From: Ascidiella aspersa
Taxonomy: Eukaryota
Direction: 5' to 3'
Length of the DNA stretch: 64,000 nt
Assembly (NCBI GenBank): GCA_963924565.1
Contig: OZ004610.1
Span: forward strand, 248,001 to 312,000
The notes below the pieces were generated by a model, which saw nothing but the letters and a program-made list of their open reading frames with translations, was not told the origin of the DNA and made no database searches. A program made the translations under genes and the position numbers. Every line of letters starts with the position of its first letter. Within the stretch, counting starts at the first letter, position 1. Below are positions 1 to 13,055 of the stretch, one piece after another.

Positions 1-379
1 AAAGTTTGACATTTCCTACAAAATTGGGGTTTTAAAAGAATCACTGAGATTCCTAAAAACAAAATGCAACAGAAACTTATTAAACCTAGTTTTTAAACTA
101 CATGGCAATTTTATTGTTCAATGACCGCACTCAGGTTTGACATTGGTGATTGCTTGCAACTATTTCTTCCTAGTATGTAAAATATCCATAAATCTAGTTA
201 AAGATGTGGGTTATATTTTAAGGAGCCTTCAGAGGAATTATAAAAAAAATTGACAGTATTCGAATGTACAAGAAAGCCCAGTAGGTGATGTGGTTTGGAA
301 TTAGCTTTTTTGTCTTCTAGGCTCCACTTTGAAATACTAGCGATGTAAAGTATTAATGCAGTTTGGTTTTAGTAAATAC

Positions 380-2810
380 CTTCTAAACAGTTTAGTGTAA
401 CTCCAGAATGTTTGACAACATGAACATCAATGTTTCCATTTTGTGACGTGCAATTTAAACTTCCTTCAATCGTACCAACTTTTACGTCCTTTTCTGCGCA
501 CAACTTTGAGTTTCCGTGTAAACTTTTCATTCTGCAAATATATTCACAGTAAATTACCCTGTGTATCTAAAACAGTAAAATAGTAAGTGTTTAAACTTAC
601 TGTCATATAAACTTCTCTACAAAGAAGTGAATCAAACAAAAGTATTTTCTATTATCGTTATTCATCATTTTAAAGTTTTATAACAATTTAATTTACTAGG
701 AATATCAATAGAACTACATACCTTTAGATAAATCCCAAATACATACTTTACAATTTAGAATAATATTAGGCAAATTAACTTTTTAAAGACATGTCTGTTA
801 GTTGTGGCTAAAATATTCCATTTCTTCAGCCATTTATAAATATAATGTTTCAGTTTTTATGAACACCTTGCATCGCAAAAGCACTTACAAAATATTTCCT
901 TTGTCACATTTTGCATAAAGTTCGTCGACATAAACATCTTCAACCAACAACAAACTGCAACTTTCTAATGTCGCATTTGTTCCTTGTAGTTTCTTGAAGC
1001 ATATTTTCCCTCGGTGACTTTTAGCATTGACGTTCCCTTGCAAGATTTTCGACGAGCTGATATTTCCACTCAATGATTCCGCTTCAATTGTTAGACCCTT
1101 GTTTAAAAATATAAAATTTTGAGTTATAATTATAACGATTTTTAAGGTTAAGGTGAATTTTCCGAACTAAACACTAAATGAAATGTCAAGAAAATAAATA
1201 TGCGTTTGGCTCCCTGCAGATGTGAACACTTTTGGATATATAAAAAAAATACCAAATATGGTTTAAAAATAGTAAAATGTGTTATTTGGAAGTCCGAAAC
1301 ACTTTTTTAGATTCCAAAAGACTTTGTAAATTGCCAGTATTTTTATGTAAAATTAGTTTTTTCACCTCTAGTTTCATTTTTTTTTGATAAAAATAGAATC
1401 TGTAGCTATAGAATTCGAAGCAAGTTACAAACATACACATGTGTAAATAAATACCACTTTAGAAGTCTGATGTTTTCACCTTAATACTGTTTAGGGTTAT
1501 GGATCCCAGTTCAGTTTTTGTTTTTACAGAATCACATTCCAGTGAAGAAACTTGGATGTTTCCATAACCCAGAAGCTTTATGTCAAGATCTATAAATATT
1601 AACACATCAGTAAAACACCGAAACAATTCTCTTTAGGGATAATTTCCAAAAGTGCCAAGACAATAGCCTTTAATTAATGCTAAAATAACATTAAAAAAGT
1701 CAATTTTGTTTTTTTATAAATCTTTTTTACCATTTAAATAGCATTGATAACAATATATTTATCAATCGCAAGCTGAGGACTTAATAGGCAAAATACAGAA
1801 TATGTGTTAAATTATGTTAGGGTAGAAATATTTAAGTCTGTAATAAAGCTTGACCAAACAAGTTGACACCATCTTAAAAAAAACATTTTAATACCTCCTT
1901 GTGTTAACGTAAGATTAACTGATGATGATACAAGTGCGTATTAAAACGTTTTTTTTTTCAATTTGATGTCGATTTACTTTTTGCTTGACCTTTTTTTCTT
2001 GTAGGCTTTGAGATCCATTATTTTATTTTAATTTTAGAAATGTTACAAATTATTTAAACACACACTCACTGAATGCTGGTGGAGTCTTAATATTAAGTTT
2101 ATCAACTTTGGAACATTCACCAGAACCTTCAACTGTGACCACTTCATTTTGCAAGTTCACTTTTAATTCATTTCCAACTTTAAAAGCATTTACAAAAAGA
2201 AAATCATAAAAAAAATATTTAATGTATAAAACTTGGAGGGATTTCGACATTAATTAAGGTATAAATGCATAAAATTAGAGTTTTTAAAGTTACTTAACAT
2301 ATTGGCTTATGTTTTGCGCTTGGTTAAGTGATAAATACTTTGCGAACCGGTAAATTAAGTATATTTTGCTCATTGAAGAACTCTTGTTTGACACTTTTAT
2401 GGATTAATCATTCAGACAAAAAGAAACATATTAGTCGAATAAAATTATCCCCAAAGAGCAGACAATCAAGCTTTTCCTAAGTTGACACAATTAATTCTAC
2501 AAAATACCTAAACTTGAGTTTAAATAAGAAACGAATTTGGCAATTAAGTAAACAACACATGTAAAAACTTACTGTTTTCATATTTAATTTGATCAATAAT
2601 AAGTTGATCTCCGTGTGGGTTTGAGTTGGGATCGATTGCTGAAACATCCACATCGCAATTCTTCAAGGAAATGTCCAACTTCCAAAAAGGCTTCACTGGA
2701 AACTCCCAACTTTCAATGTTAGTTTTGTTACTTGAAGCACGAAATAACACAAGGCAAGATTTCAATTGACGGGACAAACTAAAACCGCTTTTAATGAAAC
2801 AGGGAAACAT
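380..2810 (-). CDS. FAM185A: FAM185A-like protein (DUF4097/putative adhesin beta-repeat family); 3' end not resolved. Exons 2810-2573, 2177-2070, 1589-1480, 1097-889, 531-380
   Basis: The GT-AG exons join in phase. The protein has a basic, mitochondrial-presequence-like N-terminus, then WEFPVKPFWKLDISL, GNIQVSSLECDSVKTKTELGSITLNSIKG, GNISSSKILQGNV and KSLHGNSKL...GSLNCTSQNGNIDVHV. These are the repeated G-x-I beta motifs I recognise from FAM185A. Confidence 0.8.
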
Positions 2811-5249
2811 GTTTAGGGAAAATAATTTAAAATGAGAAAATTCGAACCATTAAATTTAAATCTTCTTACAAATTAAATTTCAACGAAAGGTCAAAACAAA
2901 AAGATCTTTATAGAAATGTCAAAAATATTCGGCAGACAAATTAATTTTTTCCAATTGACTTAAATTAACCAAATAACTTCAAATGGGTAATATTATTTGG
3001 CTAACCACTTTTAACTTAACAACAAAAAAAGTTGTTTTGCCTTTTGACAAAAATAAACGCTAACGTTTTGAAAATAAACGCTAACGTTTGAATAAGTCTT
3101 CCATTGTGTACCTCTTAGTTTGATTTATGTTGACGTTTTTTAAGCATTTCTTATAAAGACTTTCTATGATGGTGAATACCCTACTTCGGAAATATTAGGC
3201 GGGCATTATTTTTGCAATAAATTTGTTGCCAATTCGTTTTAAAATGACGTAAACCGCATACAAGCCAACATAAAAAAGGGACAAGCCATTTGAAATAAAT
3301 AACGCACAGACTCCCAGTCTAAAAAGTTATTGGTGCTAAAAGTTAATGTTAAATAGTTAAAACTAGTACATTTATTCCATTTTACTCCTTCCTAAGTTAA
3401 ATAACGCATTGAAAAAAAATATTTTCAATTAAAGCACTTAAGACAAGAAATTTTGAGGAAAAGCGTCACAAAGCTACGCCAGAAGGGTAATATTTATTTT
3501 AACAACAAAATGCTATAACTTATTTCTAAAATTAAATTAAATTTACTATTTTACGAAGAAATTACTAATAACAAGATTAACTTCGCAGCTGTTCACAATT
3601 GTTTACATCAACCAACGTTTATGATGCGCTGAATACTTTTAACACAGCTGGTAATTCAGGTTATTTTATTACTTGGTTTGCTGGACTATTCTGAGTTCTG
3701 ACTTACATTTATTTAGGAGTTTGTCAACTTACAGCATAGATCACTGAACTAAATACTTGCCAAACTAAAGGCAACATGTGTTTATTTCTTTTAATATTTT
3801 TTTATTATGCTACTTCATCGCTTTACAAAATAATGTTTGGGAAAAAGTTTCCCAAAAAGAAAAAAAAATCCACGGTTGACTGCTTTCCCTGGATATCAGT
3901 CACGCACCAATAAACACATCAAACAACAAATTAATTTAAAAAATTATAAAATGTACAAAAACACTTAACAAGTTTTGAATTGTACAGCAGCTTGTTGACG
4001 CTAGATGTCACATCGGAGCAAAAGTAAAATGAAACGTGTTTTTGAACTCGTTGAAAAATATGGATTTGAATCCGCAACATGATATAGGGGGAAATGGGGG
4101 CATACAAAGTGAAAGCTAGGGGCAATTTGCAACATTCAGTAGAAAAAACATAAGCATGGGTACACTATGTCAAACAAATTAACTGAAGATGATACAAGCT
4201 CGTATCGAAACGTTTAAATCAAGATGATGTCGACCTACTCGACCTTTTTTTGCTTTGACATTTCTAATTTGTTATCTTTTGAATATGACCGAATCCTTGT
4301 GGTAATAACGAACGCTAGGTGTGTTGTAAATGCTTTGCGCCAGTGGTTGTCAGCATTTATGAGTGATGACTAATGGGCTCGCGACAATTTGTCCCTTGAT
4401 TCTGTCAAGGGAGGCCAGTGGAGCTGGAGTTATTATGAAAACCAAAAACTCGAGTCGAACAGGCTAATAATTGAAAAATCTCCAAGGGGGTCGCAGGTCA
4501 CGTTTAAGGACAGCTGATATAGAGCATACAGAAATAAAACGGCAAAATACAAATATAAACAAGCAAAAAATATTTACATGCTGATCAGAAAAGTTTGTTG
4601 CAATTATCATCAAAGTACACCGAGTTGTTTGGAAGCAAGTAACATGATAAAAGCACAGTTTGGTCCAAAAAGCAAATAATTAATCACAACTTGGTTTAGA
4701 GGCAAAAGTGGAATGTAGGGTCAGGGGTTATTCGAGGTCAAGGGGTTATCTGGGGTCGTGGGTTATTCGTTGAGTTTTCACGAAAATGAACTTTTTTCGC
4801 TACTGACATTTCGCACAAAAACTAGAAAAAAAAACTTTTTTCGTGCTTTGGACGAACATGGCTTGTTATTTCGTAAGCGCAGTAAAAAGTGATCAACGTC
4901 CAATAAAAATATGTTATGCCAACTTTAGTACAACGTTTTTAAAAGCCTGAAGAACTATTTTGCATATAACGTATAATATTAAACCAAACGCATTATCAAT
5001 TGAAAAAAACTAAAACCAGCACCAAGATTCTCTTGGCGGCGAAATAAAAGCTGCATAAGTTCATAAAGAAACAGCGAATATAGAGCTTTGGTTGAATTAG
5101 GAAATTCACGAAAACCTCTTCAATGGAATTGCGTATTTTTTTAAAGAAAACCCATTCCCCGGAAGATAAAAGTAAAATTGAAGCCAAGTTATAAAACGTT
5201 GCGCTGATTAAGCCAGCCTCAGTAAACAAAACGAAGTTATAAAGCGACG

Positions 5250-5439
5250 TTTCGGCAGCAGGTACCAACTGACCTCACCAGGGTTAATAAGTACACGGCA
5301 ATGAGTTAGCAAGCTTATACTACGAAGTATAAAATTAAGCTGCAATAGAGCAACAGGGATGACTGGATACATTAGGATCCTAAGTATTAACCTTTTAATT
5401 GTTAACCCTGATGAGGTCAGCTGGTATCTGCTGCCGAAA
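5250..5439. repeat. 38-bp inverted repeat (5250-5287 / 5402-5439), each arm a Penelope-type minimal hammerhead-like motif
   Basis: The arms match at 35/38 nt. The + arm reads CTGATGA-ggtcagc...gctgcc-GAAA. The - arm reads CTGGTGA...GAAACGTC. A third family member lies at about 59176-59213. Confidence 0.7.
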
Positions 5440-5518
5440 TTACTCAATTTACACCAAAATGATTTCTATCAACAGATGTTGTCTGGCGAGCAAACATCTC
5501 CACAAGAACAAGCAGATT

Positions 5519-8500
5519 TCAGTTGTTCCCGTAGTTTTGAGTCCCAGAGTTGGTGAAACTTCCAGGTCCGTAATTCTGACCTCCTTGGTTGTAAGTCCCT
5601 TTTAGTCCCAAAATAAAGAAATCTTGGTCATTTTACGTCATAGTGGTAGTTGTTACCTCACGAATAGTGGTTATGGTTACGTCACAAGTAATCGTTGTTA
5701 CGTCACAGTGGTAGTCGATTGGTCATTAGTAGTTTTGTTTCCAGTAAGATAGAGTTATGAGTTTTTCGTAAGAAAATTTTAAAACATACTCGGTTTTTCA
5801 GGTTGTTAAAAACGTAACAAAATACCAAGTGCGACAAGAATTACTTTAAATCAACTGAACAAATTTATAAAAGTGTACTGGCTTTCACAAAATATCCTGA
5901 AAACATTTTACAAGAAAGTATCACAAAAACACTACACTTTTATACAGAATAGTTGGCGTGAAAAAAAAAAACATTAAACGGAATATTTTTCATACTTTCT
6001 TCGACGCCAGGTAGGCTTATAGTGGAAACTGTAGCGTCTACTCTTTAAAAAGTACTTTTTTTTACTTACTTGGATTGTTAGTTGTTACATTGTCCCTTCC
6101 GGCAATACTGGCGCCACTAAAATCTAAAATTGGAAATATGACAAATTAAATAATTAGCCTTTCATAAAACAGGCTTACACATGTTTAGCCATAATATAGT
6201 TTATAGTGTGATCAATTATAAAGCTAAAAGTATTGTTTGAATCAATGTGATATCCCTACCCATAACCACCTAAAAATATGCACATTAATACTTACTTGCT
6301 CCATGTCCTTGAATGGAAATTCCACCTTGCTGACCTGCGCACATATAACACAAAGTTTTAAAAAAATCATGTTTAATCATAGTGTTTTTAAAAACTTATT
6401 ATTTTTGGCCCAATTTGCTGATTCATTTGTGAGGCTAATACAACCAATAACGTATATAAAACATAGTAATCACTATTTTTTCAAAATTAGTACTGGGATT
6501 ATATTAAATTACGGAAAACTTGTGGATGATCCATATATTCTGATACCACTGTTATGTAGAACTTTATTAAGGTAAAAGTGTTCAAACTATTAAAACGTAT
6601 TGGTTAATCTGTGCTTGCTGTTGTACACTTCATACATAAATGTACAAAACGGTTTGTTGATATTTAGGACAAAGCAAAAAATACTCAAGGTGTGGAATTA
6701 CGATAACACAAAATGTTTTGTTAAAAAAAAAATGACTGATGGAGTGATAGTTATAGAAATAAAATCCCAAATAAGTAATATGCATTTTTAAAGGTTGAAA
6801 ACTATTTTAACACACATAGCAAAAAGACTTATGTTTCAAAACTTTTTTGGTGTTTACAGCTGTATCAAAACAAAGATTTTAAATACATTTTGGTTGTAAC
6901 TTTATATTAATCTAGAAAGTAGCTGGCAATGTTTAGCAACCAATTGTAAAATTTTGACAAGTAGTGACAATTTTTTTCGTCTTTTTTTAGTTGACCTGAT
7001 AAAACATGGTAGTTTAAAAGCTTGTCAAGATTTTAATACATTTTGTTGTTAAATATTGCCACATGATTTCCAGATTTATAATTAGACCGGGGGTTCTCAA
7101 ACAGAGCCTTGGCGGTAGGTGAACAAGTTTAGGGGTATATGAAGGCAAGTTTATTTGAAAACAACAATTTTTTCTTGAATTGAATTAATCTTTTACATTT
7201 TTAGGACTAAAAACAGTAGATTTCTTTGATATTTTTATTTAGTTATGTAACTTTATGAAATCAGCTCAAAAAGTTAATGCTAACCCTTGCCCATAAAAAC
7301 CAAATACATTTTTTCAGGGTCTGTGTTAACAAAAATGTTAAGAACCACTAAATTAAACAAATATGGTTACTGGCAAAGATTTATCTTAAAAATTATCACA
7401 CTCAATAATGTCCACTTACCAGCGTTGGTGACCTGGTTATTGTGGTTGGTTTCATATCTAATGTCTCCACCAGCCATTGTGGCGTTATCTGAGTGAAATA
7501 AAACAACTTTAAGACAGGTCGGCTAAGTTTTTAAAATAAGGAGCATAAAGGCAAAAAAACACAAATTAAATGGCGTATTTTAACCCACAAAGTAATTGGA
7601 TGCATTCAGTTTTTACAAAACTTTTTGCCAAATAAAGAAGAAAAGAAATAAATAATTTAGCGAATAGTAAGAGTGACATTGAATAGTTATAATTTTGTTT
7701 TTATTTTAAAAAATTCAAACGAAATGCAACAAAAATAAATTATGAAAAATATCTATAAAAATGTAGAACTTGTGTAGTAATTAGGCATAATAGAATATTA
7801 CAATATTTTTTTAATAAGAATACATTTAAAAGTTAATTTAATTTTTTTTGCCAAACAGCAAAGCAAATTAATGAAAACATAATGATTTTAGTTTTGGTTT
7901 TACTCCAAAATTATCAACAAAACATGAAAAAGGGAAATTGAAAAATGTAGTTTTACCTCCGGCTTGCATTGAAATTCCTCCGCTTTGACCAATGTTCACG
8001 TTGTGTGTTTTCGGGGCTGCAGCTGCCGAACCAACTAAACAAAAACACAAGCTGTTGAGTTAAGGTGTTGATAATTATTATTCAATGCCAATGCAACTTT
8101 CAACAAAGAACAAATTTTTACCACAGCACCTAATGTACATATTCAAGTGGCAAGCTTAGATTAATATCTGTCATTGTAGCTTTTGCAGTGAATGTAGCTA
8201 ATCACAATTACTCGGTAAAGCCTCAAAATGACAATTGGTTAAAATGTTAACTACTTTTATTACAATGTGCACATGTTCACGAACTGTTTTACGATTATTT
8301 TCTGTTTAGTAAAGAGTATGTTTTAGTTAATCCCCCTATAAATAGAAGTTAAATATTACAATAAATCATACTAGGGCCACATTCTAAATTCAAACTCTGT
8401 TCTAAAATATCTTACCAGTTAACTTTGAATATCCCTCCCTAGGCCTGATAAAATACCAGCTTTAATTGATTGTTATAAATTTAAAGTTACCTTGCTAAAG

Positions 8501-11283
8501 CAACTTTACAGCTAGCGAGCCGGAGCAATTGGGTTTGGGTTTGATGGCTTCAAAGCTGGAGCCCAGCCCTTATAAACTCACATTTTGATTGTTTGTTATA
8601 AACCAAAGTTGTTGCATAAATGAAAATAATGCTTTTACACATTAAATCACAATGTTTTAATGCTTGGGCAGTTTTCTTCTTTGTTCTAAATATTAGGATT
8701 ACCTTGCATTGAAGTGATGGTGAAGTCCTTGATATGACCGAGGAGCTCCTGGTTTTGTTCGGCGAGTTTCCTCACTTGTTCCTGAAGGGATTCGACGAGG
8801 GTCGCGGATCGGACGCTATCAACAACTCGATCCAGTTTTCCCTGGGTGGCAAACTCAGCAGTGAATGAAATCGCTTCTTCAACCTTTACAAAGTCGTAAG
8901 CCTTAATTCCACTTTTGTACAAAGAATGACACAACGCGGGCAGAGAACCAAAGTCGAGGAAAGATTCGAGGTCAAAGTTTGCAGCGGCGATTATATCTGT
9001 TGAGAGCGGACATTCTTTGCCGCCAAGCGTAACACAATAGGAGCCACCAGCATTTTTAAGAGGGGCAGCGTCGTCAAACGAACCTTTTATTGCAAAATCT
9101 TCTTTAACTACCATCGCAAACTTGTCTTGTACTTCAAAATGGTGTGAGTTGCTGCAAAAATAAAATGTTTTAAGAAATTGTTTGAGTTTTTAGTTTGAAA
9201 TGATTTAAACATCAAGCCCGTACAGAAGTAGGTAACATTCAGTAAACATTCTGCTAAGTTTACATAAAAAGATCTTGAAATAAAAACGCAGCTATTTAAT
9301 AAAGGCCTGTGTTTGTTTTATTTTTTATTGTTCTTGGTCTTATAGAGCTGAAACCGATAACAAAGCCAATTGTTCAAGATTATTTTGTGATTATGGCCTT
9401 AACAATAGGATAAATGTTATTTCCTTTATTTCTGAAACTTTCACAAACAAGCAAAATTATCTATCTGATTTTCTGTTAAAGTTTTAAATTTTAGAGTTCT
9501 AACTAGGTTAATGTAAACAAAAATGAAGGCGGTGGTCTAGAATCTTACCACAGTTCTAAAATCAAGGCACAGAATTTGAGTTAGGGTGCGGGTTAGCGTT
9601 TGGGTTAAGGTGGGTCAAGTATTATTATATTCTTTGTTTAATAATAATACTTGACCCACCTTAACCCAAACGCTAACCCGCAACCTAACCCAAATGATGT
9701 TTCGTTGTGGTAGGATTCTAGACCAGCGCCCAATAATTAAATCAACACACAGTATGTGGATTAGGGTGCCAGTTAGCGTTTGGATTTGGGTGGGTCAAGT
9801 ATTAGTTTTAAATAAAGAATATTATAATACTTCACCCACCCACACCCAAACGCTAACTCGCACCCTAACTCAAATTCTGTGCCGTGATTTCATAACTGTG
9901 GTAGGATTCTAGACCAGCGCCAAAATGGGTCCTATAACATTTTCATGCTAACGATGGCCAATGACACATTTTGATATATTTTTTTTAATTTTATTCGAAA
10001 AAAGGATTTTATTGGAACTCAGACTATCATAAAAACCTGCCTGACCCCGATATCGAACTACGAAATTCGCACTACTGTAGCTGAATGTGCAACATTTTAA
10101 TATAATTTATGGCGCTGGTCTAGAATCCTACCACAATTATTCAATCAACGCACAATATTTGAGTTAGGGTGCGAGTTAGCGTTTGGGTGTGGGTCAAGTA
10201 TTATTATATTCATTATTTATTAATAATACCCTAATCCAAATAATGTGCGTTGTGGTACGATTCTAGACCAGCGCCCAATTTATTGCTAAACCAGTGGACA
10301 GTAATTCGAAAAGTTTGATACACAAATTTCCGTCTAACTGTAACCAACACTTATAAATGCAGAAAACAACTCGAGGCCCCTTTGTTGCAATTTGAAATCG
10401 CAGTACCCAGGGATTTTTGTAGGTAATTCCCCTAAAAAAGTTTACCATGTTTGCAGTTTATCACGTGACTTATTCTAAATATATGTTTTTCAAACAATAA
10501 CAAACTGCAAAGTCCTAAACTTGAGTAATTTTTAAAGTAATGGTATACGATACAAAACGAAGACGTTTCTATGGTAAATCAGCAAAACTGATCAAATTAA
10601 AAGGTACAAACAAATTCGGAGATGGCGCAATATTTGTTTGACGTCAGTTTATTTGAACTGCTTAAGTTGCCTATTAACAAGAAAACGGCTCCTTTTAGCA
10701 AGATTTTGTGACTTTTTCCCACTAAAGTTAACTTATTTAAACGTGAATTGAAATATAAAGTTAGGATTTAAGGTTATTTGCAAACCGTGTGCGGTCAAGC
10801 ATATCTAGTCAAGTGAGAGCTTTAACGAATTGTTTTGTGAAATTTTATTAACTTTTAATTTTTATTTTTGTAAAAGATTAAAGAAACGTTAGCAAGAAAT
10901 CACTACTGATCATTGAACCCTAAGAAAGTAGCAATTAGAACATCTAGAGATGGCCTATGATTTGAACTACAAACCTTTGTACTTATTTTATGAATTTTTA
11001 CGCGCTAAACGTTGCTTAACTTTAAACAAAATACTGTTTTTTTATCAATTTGCTAAACTTAAACGATATCACTGATTGTTTCAATTTGAACAAAAACGGC
11101 CATGTTTTGTTTAGCGTTTTCGCAGAAATGAACTGTTCTAAGGGTGATTTAAAAAAAAGCAATTATATATTTTAAAAAAGAACTGGAATATAAATTGTTC
11201 TAAGAATTTTATGCCGTTCAAATTATTATTTGTTAAAAATATTCTTTAGGTGCGGATATTTCGGTTTTAATTACTTACTTCAT
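5519..11283 (-). CDS. Uncharacterised ~257-aa protein: TRADD-N-like segment + coiled coil + C-terminal RHIM/amyloid-like G/N/Q-rich motifs. Exons 11283-11279, 9151-8703, 8034-7957, 7488-7420, 6334-6296, 6123-6070, 5598-5519
   Basis: All junctions are GT-AG and in frame (774 nt including stop). Product: MNNSHHFEVQDKFAMVVKEDF...VEEAISFTAEFATQGKLDRVVDSVRSATLVESLQEQVRKLAEQNQELLGHIKDFTITSMQ|VGSAAAAPKTHNVNIGQSGGISMQAG|DNATMAGGDIRYETNHNNQVTNA|GQQGGISIQGHGA|NFSGASIAGRDNVTTNNP|RTYNQGGQNYGPGSFTNSGTQNYGNN*. Domain labels come from motif resemblance only. The first and last exons are the least certain. Confidence 0.7.
9528..9921. mobile_element. Compound palindromic MITE pair with degenerate TTAGGG-like internal repeats
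   Basis: TIR GGCG(C/G)TGGTCTAGAATC(C/T)TACCAC ... GTGGTAGGATTCTAGACCAGCGCC. 9528-9731 is a near-perfect hairpin. 9732-9921 is an inverted partial copy ending in the same TIR. Confidence 0.8.
10111..10275. mobile_element. MITE of the same family (internally deleted)
   Basis: Both TIRs are present (ggcgctggtctagaatcctaccac ... gtggtacgattctagaccagcgcc). Confidence 0.8.
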
Positions 11284-13055
11284 GATACAGATTTCAACGA
11301 TTATCTTATATTTAAATTAAACGAACACTAAAAATCCAGGTTTTGTTTAAGGAAGCAGGAAATTTATTTTAGTCACAAAGTTACATCTAAACATGACGTC
11401 ACAAAGAAGTAACTTTAGAAACACCGCGTAGTTTGTTTAATTCTAGGGTGGAAAGGTGTTTTAATACAAAGTTACAAAAAGATAATGTCAATTCTAGTGA
11501 AGCGAAAAAACGCCTTTTATTGTTGAAACCTTCCTACCTTAAACTTTTAACAAACGAATTATTTTTTGACGTCACGGCATAACGCAACTTTATGACGTCA
11601 TCATATCCGAGCCTGCTAATAAATAATTAGAAAATAATCCACACACATTATATTGAATTACACCATACATCGAGCGTTATGCATCAACATGAACTAACAA
11701 TGATGGTTGCACAAAGAAATACTTTTCCAAGTAAATTACAGACAGACTTTCTGCCAATAACTTGTTGTACAAGCCTACATAACAAGCATAAACCAATGCA
11801 TCCAGCAAGCAACACAATATTTGTCAACAGTAGGCTACAAGCTTGTAGTCTCAACATTTGTTTTTTTTACGTATATAATTTCTCATTCCAAACCGACGTT
11901 TAGATTAAGAATTTTATCTAACTGACAATGTTATTTGTTCAAATGCCCATTTAGGCCGGCTTAACTTTACAACCTTAATAGAGTTCCCAAGCTATTATCA
12001 GGACATAGGAGCAATTCACAATTAGTTAGAATAAGAATTAGCCGCATTTCGCCCTAATTTATTGAATGAGAAAACTAGAATTAAAGACAACTTTGCTTCA
12101 GAAATCTAACCTTACTTTTCACCTTCACAGAGCTCTCAAGCTTTTACTTCCTGTTCAACGCAAGCCATACAAGAATGTCAGGTAACATACCTGGAGGGGA
12201 ATACCCGGGTAAACAATGGTAGCACATTGTGCGCAAACAAAGCAGTTGTAGCTTAACTGCGCGGAATTATGTACAATACTCGTTTGTTCGACTTGTGCTT
12301 TTGAAGTTTTGACTTTGGTGAGACATTTTAAAAGACCGCAATTACTTTATCTGTGTATGTTAAATTATCATGACTGCAGTTGTAGAAGCTATGTTTGGCA
12401 GAGTGTTTGATAAACTTTACAGGCAGTTTCGGTTCCTCAAAAAGACCCTAAAATTACTAAGTTTGTGAACCGACGGCTGGTTCTGTTGAAGTCGCACTGA
12501 CGAACTGTGAAGGCACACGTATTAATCTTGGGCTGTTTCTAAGGTCTAGGGTTCTACACAGTCTTATGATCCCAATCTTTTCTTGCTTAATTCGAATTCC
12601 TTAGTATATCTAATGCCTCAACGAAGCCAAAATTTCATTTGTTACGTTTTACGCATCGCTACATGATAAAGCTACACAATCACGACATGCAGTACAAGCG
12701 CACACTTGTAGTTCACTTCTTTCTATTCACGCTTATTATTATTTGGGCAATAAAAGTAACTTTGCTCAGCCGCGGGCAGAAGTGGGAATTCCAAAGTTAC
12801 CCAGTAAAAATAACTTTAGGCAAAGTAACGTATACATTTGTTTTATACCTATACGACGCCCATATACAAAACTTTATTCTAAGGAAAAGGGATTTTTACG
12901 CCCAGCGTTCAGAGAATTTGTAAAACACGAATATTATTTTTGGTTTAATAGGGTGTTTATTTTTACATACTTGTTGCGGCTTCTTAATTTCTCAGCGGCG
13001 AACAAAGCCAACCATAAAAAAACTGCTTGCAACCATAATTTATCGACACAAATGC

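Noticed and set aside
1-379. Terminal exon(s) of FAM185A
   Set aside because: Candidate acceptors gave early stops or unrecognisable sequence; left unresolved.
5630-5730. Repeated gtgacgtaac words as an additional coding exon of the adaptor gene
   Set aside because: Stops occur in all frames before the next exon and there is no convincing acceptor.
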